IMG/VR virus record: IMGVR_UViG_3300005512_000290
Span: 1-26,122 of that record
DNA length: 26,122 nucleotides
Reading direction: 5' to 3' (one strand)
DNA from: a virus
Taxonomy: Duplodnaviria > Caudoviricetes
Below the pieces are notes generated by a model, which worked only from the letters and a program-made list of their open reading frames with translations, did no database searches and was not told the origin of the DNA. A program made the position numbers and the translations under genes. Shown in pieces: positions 1 to 5,805 of the stretch; positions within the stretch are counted from its first letter, which is position 1, and each line of letters begins with the position of its first letter.

Positions 1-1
1 C

Positions 2-298
2 GTCCGCGGCACAGCGTCCGCGGGCGACCGAGGCAAGTCGGCCGCGGGCGACTACGGCACGGCGACCGCGGGCAACGACGGCACCGCAACCGCGGGATAC
101 TGCGGCACGGCGCTCGCGGGCGCTCGCGGCAAGGCGACCGCTGGCAAGTGCGGAACCATCCAGATCCGCTACTACGATCCCACAGCGTGCCGATACCGAA
201 CCCTCGTCGGCTACCCCGGCGAGGACGGGATCAAGCCGAACACCCCGTACCGCGTCAAGATCGTCAATGGCGCCCCTGTTTTTGTCGAGGTGATGTGA
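2..298 (+). CDS. 5'-truncated octapeptide-repeat protein resembling ice nucleation proteins (INP-like repeats plus INP-like C-terminal cap)
   Basis: Frame +2, absent from the ORF track: VR-GTASAGDR-GKSAAGDY-GTATAGND-GTATAGYC-GTALAGAR-GKATAGKC-GTIQIRYYDPTACRYRTLVGYPGEDGIKPNTPYRVKIVNGAPVFVEVM*. Its TGA (296-298) overlaps the next ATG (TGATG). Confidence 0.8.
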   Translation, partial: VRGTASAGDRGKSAAGDYGTATAGNDGTATAGYCGTALAGARGKATAGKCGTIQIRYYDPTACRYRTLVGYPGEDGIKPNTPYRVKIVNGAPVFVEVM

Positions 299-657
299 TG
301 CGCGTCTACATGGCCGAGGACGATCGAAACGTGGGGCGGGTGATCCGGCGTATGCTGGACGGATGCGGCGTGTCTGTCGTGCCGTTTGTCTTGCCCCAAG
401 AACCGGACCTAATCGCGTCGATGGTGAGCGAGGCGATCCGCGCGAACCCTCCCGCGCTGGTCGTTACGGACGGGCTTGACGGCGAGGCGCACCGGGTGAT
501 CCTCGCGTGCCGGGACCGGTGCGTCCCGTGCATCGTTTACACAGGCGAGCCGCGGCGGTTTGCCAATGCGGGCGTGGTCGTGGTCGATAAGCCCGAGCTG
601 CGCGATCTCAAGCGCGCCGTGCTCGATGTGGTGGCGCACCGTGGCGAGAACGGCTAA
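298..657 (+). CDS. Stand-alone response-regulator receiver (CheY-like) protein, 119 aa
   Basis: Start reassigned to ATG 298 (TGATG coupling). MRVYMAEDD acidic pocket, LVVTDG phosphoacceptor Asp, IVYTG switch Thr, VDKP conserved Lys-Pro; no output domain. Confidence 0.82.
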   Translation: MRVYMAEDDRNVGRVIRRMLDGCGVSVVPFVLPQEPDLIASMVSEAIRANPPALVVTDGLDGEAHRVILACRDRCVPCIVYTGEPRRFANAGVVVVDKPELRDLKRAVLDVVAHRGENG

Positions 658-681
658 CCTCATCCAATCCAGGGAGCCGCA

Positions 682-2160
682 TTGCCCAATATGGTCGATT
701 GGTACAAGATCAGCCGCGACTTTTGCAGTCCCACCCGGCCCGATTTTCTCGCGGCCTGGGTCGAGCATGGCGCGGATCTGGCTGGACTGACAACCCACCA
801 GATCCGCGAGCGCCTTAGCCCATTCGGGGCGGCGGATACCTGCCCCGCCAGCGTCGCCAAACACTTGCGTTGGGCGGTCGCCAACGTCGGCACCGCCCCG
901 CCAGCGGACTGGCCCGAGCGTCACGCCGAGAGAGGCAACGCGACGCCCCCAGCCCCACCCGAGACGCACGAAGCGCCGAAGGTCGAGAAGGTAGTAAATG
1001 CGGACGGGTCCCTTAGCGTCAACGTCAAGGGGCAGCACCTAATCCAGAATATTGACGACCTGATCAACCACGCCAATCTCGACCTCGGGACATGGCGGGT
1101 TGAGCGGCACAAGGTCAACACATGGACAACCACGCTCAAAGGGCCGGATGGATACCCGCAGGTCGTCCGCAACTGGCAGGTGAGCGCAACGCTTGTGCGG
1201 CGTCTGGACGCGCCCGGGGAGGACGGCGCGGGCCCGTGGGTCATCGGCACGCCAGCGCCCCGCAGAGTGGCGCCCACGCGGGCTATCGAGGTCGCGGTGA
1301 TCGTCCCCGACTCACAGCACGGCTATGTCTGGAGCGAGGACCGGACCCACCTTGTCCCGCTCCATGACGTTAGGGCCTGTGACGTTGCGTCGCAGTTGAT
1401 CGCGCTGCTCGAGCCGGATCACGTCGTCTACCTAGGGGACATGGCGGACCTTGCCGAATGGTCAACGCGATTCCCGCGCCCCGAGACGCACCGGGACACC
1501 ACGCGGCCCACGCTCCGCACGCTCCATTGGTGGATGGCAGAGCATCGCGCCAGCTCCCCGGGTTCCATTATCCGGTATCTGGAAGGCAACCACGAGCAGC
1601 GGATCCAGCGTGCGCTAATCGAAACCATGTCCCACGCGGCCGGAATCACCGCGGTAACCGACACCCGGCCGGCGCTGGACTTTGCCCGGCTGGCTGGGTT
1701 GGATGCGCTCGATATCGAATACGTCGCCCCCTACGGCTCCGACCTGTACCTATGGGACACGGTGCGGATCACACATGGCGATAAGGTCCGCACCAAGGGT
1801 GGAGCGACGGCGGTAGCGGTCTGCGCGGAGGCGACCCACACGACGCTGTACGGGCACGTCCACCGCGTCGAGAGCGCATCCCGCACCCTGCACGGGCCGC
1901 ACGGGCGCAGCGTCATTACGGCCGCCTCGCCGGGTTGCCTGTGTCGCGTGGACGGCGCGGTCCCGGGCGTCTCGTCGCGGCCCAACTGGCAACAGGGCGT
2001 ATGCGTAGTGTCCTGGGACGGCCAGCACGCCCACGTCGAGACGGTGCAGATCGTGGAAGGTCGCGCGGTTTGGCGCGGGCAGGTCATTACCGGCGAGGAC
2101 CGGAGCGCCGAGATCGCAGCGGCGATCGGCGTGCCCCAGGTCGCGCCGCCTACTGTGTAG
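682..2160 (+). CDS. Calcineurin-like metallophosphoesterase with long N-terminal extension
   Basis: Motifs in order: PDSQHG (DxH-like), LGDMAD (GDxxD), EGNHE (GNHE), THGD, YGHVHR (GHxH). AGGGAG SD 5 nt before TTG 682; ATG 691 is an alternative start. Confidence 0.88.
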   Translation: MPNMVDWYKISRDFCSPTRPDFLAAWVEHGADLAGLTTHQIRERLSPFGAADTCPASVAKHLRWAVANVGTAPPADWPERHAERGNATPPAPPETHEAPKVEKVVNADGSLSVNVKGQHLIQNIDDLINHANLDLGTWRVERHKVNTWTTTLKGPDGYPQVVRNWQVSATLVRRLDAPGEDGAGPWVIGTPAPRRVAPTRAIEVAVIVPDSQHGYVWSEDRTHLVPLHDVRACDVASQLIALLEPDHVVYLGDMADLAEWSTRFPRPETHRDTTRPTLRTLHWWMAEHRASSPGSIIRYLEGNHEQRIQRALIETMSHAAGITAVTDTRPALDFARLAGLDALDIEYVAPYGSDLYLWDTVRITHGDKVRTKGGATAVAVCAEATHTTLYGHVHRVESASRTLHGPHGRSVITAASPGCLCRVDGAVPGVSSRPNWQQGVCVVSWDGQHAHVETVQIVEGRAVWRGQVITGEDRSAEIAAAIGVPQVAPPTV

Positions 2161-2527
2161 CGATCCCAACCCGCGCGGGGGATCGTCGGTCAGCCACGCG
2201 CCGCTCACCCTGCTCCAGCGGGTCGATCGAATCGTGCAACCTTGGATCGGTCGCGTCCACCACGGCGTGCCCGGTCCTGTGTTGCACGACTTCGACCGGC
2301 CCGCGTTGGGGCGGATCGTAGTACCCCACAGGGGGCGGGAACGGCCCGAGGGAGTATGCGGGCAAGCCATCGGGACGCAGCGCGGGACCGATCCGCGTGG
2401 CGTCGCTATCCGTCGAGATCACAACCCGGCGAGGCTGGACGGCCGCCGCGACGACACGCAGCGCCACCATGGCGTCAATCACCGCCCCGAGAAGATCGGC
2501 GTCAACCATTGCGCGATCGGGCATCAC
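2150..2527 (-). CDS. Hypothetical protein with hydrophobic N-terminus and C-terminal ERRVADRR motif
   Basis: GTGA overlap with the upstream gene stop; last gene of the minus-strand operon; converges on and overlaps the phosphoesterase 3' end. Confidence 0.55.
   Translation of the reverse strand: MMPDRAMVDADLLGAVIDAMVALRVVAAAVQPRRVVISTDSDATRIGPALRPDGLPAYSLGPFPPPVGYYDPPQRGPVEVVQHRTGHAVVDATDPRLHDSIDPLEQGERRVADRRSPARVGIATQ
2161..2185 (+). terminator. GC hairpin at the convergence of the two transcription units
   Basis: CGATCC-caa-CCCGCGCGGG-GGATCG directly after the TAG of the phosphoesterase; no U-tract, and it lies inside the opposite-strand CDS. Confidence 0.25.
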
Positions 2528-2838
2528 GCCCCCAGCCGGGCGAGCTGCAACCCGAGCTCAGATAGCGCGCGGTTTGCCTCTGCGATCCCCTGCCTAACCT
2601 GCTCGTCTCGGGCCTCCATACGGGAATCCAGCTTGTCGAGCTGTGCGACCAGCGCGGTAATCCGGTCGGCCGATCTGACCGTCTCCAGTTTGATCCGTGC
2701 GATCTCGGCACCGCGCGCCGCTTCGGCCTCGGCTCCCTTATCTCTGGTCATGCGCGCAATCAGGGCGCGGATCACCTCGGTTAGACCCTGTACCGCGACC
2801 GCCAGCCCGGCGACCCCACCGTAATCGACCGCATCCAT
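2524..2838 (-). CDS. Single-TM plus coiled-coil protein (lysis-cassette accessory, holin/antiholin-like), 104 aa
   Basis: Start reassigned to ATG 2838 (TAATG overlap with the PAS gene stop). N-terminal GGVAGLAVAVQGLTEVIRALI followed by heptad-like ITALVAQLDKLDSRMEARDEQV. Confidence 0.65.
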   Translation of the reverse strand: MDAVDYGGVAGLAVAVQGLTEVIRALIARMTRDKGAEAEAARGAEIARIKLETVRSADRITALVAQLDKLDSRMEARDEQVRQGIAEANRALSELGLQLARLGA

Positions 2839-3299
2839 TAGGCCCCCATTGCCGCGGCGGCCTGGACCGCTTGGATCACCGCGTGGGCGTCCACCACGAC
2901 GATCAGCGTCGCCCCGTCCGATGCGGGGAGGATCATCCACACCGCGATCGCGCCCTCACCCAACCCGGGAAGGTCGAGCGAGTCCGCGCGCACGACGGGC
3001 TCCCCGGCCTGCGCCATTTCCCACGCGGCCAGCCAATCGGGATGATCGTCCAGCCGGAACACCGTGCGATGGTCCAAGCCGACCCACCACGCGGGGACCT
3101 CGCCGGGGCTGTATGCCTCGGCCCATCCATCAGACACCCATCGGTATCGACAGTCCGCCCCGATCAGGGCGCACGGGTAGCCGGTCAGGACGGACAGCAC
3201 GACGCCCCCATAATCGAGCCCCAGCCGGCCCGCAGGACGCTCGGGAGCCCCAGGAGGTAGCGGCGCAGGGACGGACGGCGGGGGGCGCTCACGGGGCAT
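2838..3299 (-). CDS. Stand-alone PAS-domain protein (PAS_4-like)
   Basis: PCALIGADCRYRWVSDGWAEAY...WWVGLDHRTVF...WLAAWEMAQAGEPVV...VWMILPASDGATLIVVVD fits the PAS pattern (P-hhhh-D-xxx-RY-xx-VN-xx-W, VG-xx-h-x-E/T-hF, helix ending in GE, C-terminal beta hairpin ending in D). GAGG upstream of the ATG; overlaps both neighbours. Confidence 0.72.
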   Translation of the reverse strand: MPRERPPPSVPAPLPPGAPERPAGRLGLDYGGVVLSVLTGYPCALIGADCRYRWVSDGWAEAYSPGEVPAWWVGLDHRTVFRLDDHPDWLAAWEMAQAGEPVVRADSLDLPGLGEGAIAVWMILPASDGATLIVVVDAHAVIQAVQAAAAMGA

Positions 3300-3687
3300 C
3301 CTCGGGCGGCTCTGCGCAGCCCTGCGCCGACTGTCGGACGAGCTCAGCCTCGAACGGCTGGCACTGCGGACGCTGCGCGGCGCTCTGGCCGTACTGCCAG
3401 CACGCCTGGACGTGGCACCCGAGGGACAGCGGGTCAGCGATGCAGGCCGGCGGGGTGTCGCTCAGCTTGTCGCGGATCTCGGCGTCGATGACGACCGGGC
3501 GCCCCGCAGTCGCGGCGACCTCGGCCATCCGATCCCCGAGGATGTCGATCTGCGTGCTCTGCGCCTCGACCAGCCCCGCGACCTGCTCGACCCCATCGGG
3601 CGCAGACACTCGGCCGGCGAGGAATCCCCCACCCGCGAGCAGGACGGCAGACACGGAGACGATCGCGATCGTGGTCCCGACGGGCAT
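3289..3687 (-). CDS. N-terminally membrane-anchored, Cys-rich protein (i-spanin/Rz-like position and topology), 132 aa
   Basis: Start ATG 3687 with GAGGAG SD. TM segment TIAIVSVSAVLLAGGGFLAG, helical middle, five Cys in the C-terminal part; directly follows a holin-like gene. Confidence 0.55.
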   Translation of the reverse strand: MPVGTTIAIVSVSAVLLAGGGFLAGRVSAPDGVEQVAGLVEAQSTQIDILGDRMAEVAATAGRPVVIDAEIRDKLSDTPPACIADPLSLGCHVQACWQYGQSAAQRPQCQPFEAELVRQSAQGCAEPPEDAP

Positions 3688-3701
3688 GGTGCGCTCCTCG
3701 C

Positions 3702-3962
3702 TCACGGTTTCGGTGCCGGTGCCGGTGCGGCCCGCCCCTTCGCCCAGCCCTCGCCCGCGTGGCGCAGGGTCGAGAGCGCCGCGATCAGCGCCTCCCCACC
3801 CGCGGCCCACATGCCAACGACCGCCAGGCCCATCGCGTAGTACGCCAGCGCCTCGCCTTCGAGGTCCAGCACGACCCCGGAGGCCGTGTAGAGGGCCAGG
3901 GAGACCCAGGCGCGGATCGTCGCCGCCCGGCCTGCGTCGAGGTGGCGGGAGCCTGTGCTCAT
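3702..3962 (-). CDS. Putative holin (2 TM), copy A, 86 aa
   Basis: ATGA coupling at 3959-3962. Two hydrophobic segments (AWVSLALYTASGVVL; ALAYYAMGLAVVGMWAAGG) and a basic C-terminus; downstream of the endolysin. Confidence 0.6.
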   Translation of the reverse strand: MSTGSRHLDAGRAATIRAWVSLALYTASGVVLDLEGEALAYYAMGLAVVGMWAAGGEALIAALSTLRHAGEGWAKGRAAPAPAPKP

Positions 3963-4474
3963 CGCATCGCCTCCGCCCACAGTCGGGCCGACTGCCGCGC
4001 GTCCGCGGTCGGATGGTGCTTAGGCTCCTCGGTGGGCAGCCTGTCCACCGTGGCGAGCGGGTCCAGCCCGGAGACAAGGCGCGCTGTCGCCACGTCATGC
4101 AGCGGGTACGGGCCATCCCATCGCCGGTCTTCCGGCTCATGGTCGACACATGCCGCCAGAAACCGCGCCTCGACTGGCCACGCACAGTCCGCGACCATGA
4201 TGGCACCCTCCTCCTTCCACGACATCCATGCCCCCCAAAAAACCTCTCGGACGTTCCCCGGCGTCGGGTACTCGGGTGGCGGCAGGTGGACGCCCACGTT
4301 CTCCTCCACCCACTTGCGATCGCTTGCCGTGCCCGCCGCGGCAGTCATCGGGCACGCGGCGTACCCCGATTCAACCTCGACGCCGTCCACCATGACGACC
4401 CAGCCAACCGCGAAGCCTTCTCCGTGAAGCCCGACAGACTCGACATCGAAGACAAATAGCGGCTTGGCGCTCAT
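3959..4474 (-). CDS. DEDDh 3'-5' exonuclease (DnaQ-like fold), 171 aa
   Basis: Start ATG 4474 (GGAGGC-ATGA). ExoI FVFDVESVG, ExoIII HHPTADA (H-x4-D), and LHDV in between. Confidence 0.78.
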   Translation of the reverse strand: MSAKPLFVFDVESVGLHGEGFAVGWVVMVDGVEVESGYAACPMTAAAGTASDRKWVEENVGVHLPPPEYPTPGNVREVFWGAWMSWKEEGAIMVADCAWPVEARFLAACVDHEPEDRRWDGPYPLHDVATARLVSGLDPLATVDRLPTEEPKHHPTADARQSARLWAEAMR

Positions 4475-4548
4475 GCCTCCCCCACCACGCCGGTCCCGAG
4501 GACGGCGACGGATACGGCAATGATAGCGGCGGTGGTCCCGACGGGCAT
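4471..4548 (-). pseudogene. Truncated paralog of the 3289-3687 gene; 25-aa hydrophobic peptide MPVGTTAAIIAVSVAVLGTGVVGEA
   Basis: Same MPVGTT start and similar upstream spacer as 3687; SD GAGGGG retained; its stop overlaps the exonuclease ATG. Confidence 0.6.
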
Positions 4549-4562
4549 AGCGTTCCCCTCGC

Positions 4563-4817
4563 TCACGGTTTCGGCGGGGGCGCAGCCGCCCGCCCTTTCG
4601 CCCAACCCTCACCGGCGTGGCGCAGGGTGGACAACGCAGCGATCAGCGCCTCCCCACCCGCGGCCCACATGCCGACTACGGCAAGGCCCATAGCGTAATA
4701 GGCAAGCGCGTCACCATGCAGCCCGAGCAGCGCCCCGGAGCCGGTATACAGCGCGAGAGACACCCACGCCCTAATCGTGGCCGCCCTGCCCGCGTCGAGG
4801 TGGCGAGAGCCGGTCAT
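4563..4817 (-). CDS. Putative holin (2 TM), copy B, 84 aa
   Basis: Near-identical protein to 3702-3962 with many synonymous differences; ATGA coupled to the upstream gene. Confidence 0.6.
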   Translation of the reverse strand: MTGSRHLDAGRAATIRAWVSLALYTGSGALLGLHGDALAYYAMGLAVVGMWAAGGEALIAALSTLRHAGEGWAKGRAAAPPPKP

Positions 4818-5074
4818 GCCTCGCCCACCGTGGGGAACAGGACAACCCCGGCCGGAACTTCGGTGGCGGCTTCGACGTGGCGATCAACCTCGCCAGTCAA
4901 TAGATCCCGCATAAAGTCGGTGAGGGTGAGCAGGACCGCCTCGGGACACCAACCCTCGCCGTCATCGGTCGAGACAGATCGACGAACACCGACGAGATCA
5001 CCGTCGTCGTCAAGATACATTTCAAACGTAGCGGTAATGGTCTGCGCCACGTTTAGCCCGTCTTTGACTGACAC
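4814..5074 (-). CDS. Acidic hypothetical protein, 86 aa
   Basis: GTG start after GGGGG; stop coupled (ATGA) to holin copy B. Confidence 0.55.
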   Translation of the reverse strand: MSVKDGLNVAQTITATFEMYLDDDGDLVGVRRSVSTDDGEGWCPEAVLLTLTDFMRDLLTGEVDRHVEAATEVPAGVVLFPTVGEA

Positions 5075-5110
5075 GTCGCCCCCAAGCGTAGCAACGCGCT
5101 ACCCGGTAAG

Positions 5111-5142
5111 GGATAGCACGTCAAGGGGCGGAACGTCAAGGG
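5111..5142 (-). promoter_or_regulatory. Possible internal promoter/operator with tandem CCCTTGACGT repeats
   Basis: Minus strand CCCTTGACGT-tccgc-CCCTTGACGT-gcTATCCC gives TTGACG-N18-TATCCC with an extended TG; lies in the gap after the endolysin. Confidence 0.4.
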
Positions 5143-5143
5143 C

Positions 5144-5575
5144 TTAGATTAGGTGGGTCTTGACTCGCGCGCGGATCCGGTCCATGTCGTACCCGGGACA
5201 CTGCGTATACCCGGGCCGCATGACTTCATAGTGACCGAATACGGCCGACTCAGTGAGGCCAAACTCAATGCACTTAGCGGCGACCATGGCGCAGAGGGCG
5301 ATCTCTGCGCGCTCGGGCAGCGTGGACGCCGTGTAATCGCCCGCGACCACGATCCCGAGGCTATCCCCGTTCGCGCCCTTTGCGTGGCTTCCGGTGCGCT
5401 TCTCGGGCCGCCCCGGGGCGATCGTCCAGTTGCCCGCGGCGTCGAGATACACGACCCAATGATACCCAATGTCCGACCAGCCGTTACCGTTGACGTGCCA
5501 ACCCCGGATCTCGTCGGGCGTGGTCGTCGGCTTGCTGGCCGTGTGATGGCATACAATGCGGGTGATTTCGCGCAT
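5144..5575 (-). CDS. Endolysin, N-acetylmuramoyl-L-alanine amidase (Amidase_2, T7-lysozyme/PGRP-like)
   Basis: IVCHHTA (Zn His), WSDIGYHW, GSHAKGANGDSLGI, FGHYE and TQCPG (Zn His/Cys); catalytic domain only. Confidence 0.93.
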   Translation of the reverse strand: MREITRIVCHHTASKPTTTPDEIRGWHVNGNGWSDIGYHWVVYLDAAGNWTIAPGRPEKRTGSHAKGANGDSLGIVVAGDYTASTLPERAEIALCAMVAAKCIEFGLTESAVFGHYEVMRPGYTQCPGYDMDRIRARVKTHLI

Positions 5576-5805
5576 CAGGACCGCCCGTAGCCGCGGCCCA
5601 CAAGCGCGTCCGCAACGGGCTGCCCCACCACGCGGGCGGGGTCTGCGGTGATCGCGGAATCCCCGCGGCTAATGGCGTGCGCAGCGAGCTGATCTGCAAT
5701 CGCGACCGGCAGGTACACCGAGATCAGCACACACTCACACGGCCCGTCGCCGCGATCGATGGTCTGCCGTTCGTTGTCGGGGTCGATGTGGGCTGCCGGA
5801 TTCAT
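5575..5805 (-). CDS. Small hypothetical protein (tail-fiber chaperone position), 76 aa
   Basis: Start reassigned to ATG 5805 (ATGA overlap with the fiber gene stop); its stop overlaps the endolysin ATG (TGATG). Confidence 0.55.
   Translation of the reverse strand: MNPAAHIDPDNERQTIDRGDGPCECVLISVYLPVAIADQLAAHAISRGDSAITADPARVVGQPVADALVGRGYGRS

Larger units (their letters stand above)
3671..4817. repeat. Diverged direct repeat of about 290 bp (3671-3962 and 4532-4817) flanking the exonuclease gene
   Basis: Both copies share gtggtcccgacgggcat, ctcgctcacggtttcgg, gcgatcagcgcctccccacccgcggcccacatgcc and gcgtcgaggtggcg. Confidence 0.92.

Noticed and set aside
1-150. 24-nt periodic repeats as a CRISPR array or non-coding tandem repeat
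   Set aside because: Repeats are degenerate, in frame, lack spacers and encode an octapeptide protein repeat.
148-297. N-terminal 50 aa of tracked ORF 148..657
   Set aside because: Overlaps the INP-like gene in another frame; the receiver fold starts at ATG 298.
3289-3687. Embedded Rz1-like lipoprotein (o-spanin)
   Set aside because: The +1 frame I read has no hydrophobic signal peptide or lipobox, so the spanin call stays tentative.
2849-4459. 536-aa plus-strand ORF and other long antisense ORFs (e.g. 12352-13368, 15234-16397, 16601-18259, 18223-19113)
   Set aside because: Arg/Pro-rich shadow frames of well-supported minus-strand genes in high-GC DNA; no motifs.
3671-4817. Direct repeats as IS/transposon ends or a DGR template/variable repeat pair
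   Set aside because: No transposase or reverse transcriptase; differences are mostly synonymous and not adenine-specific.
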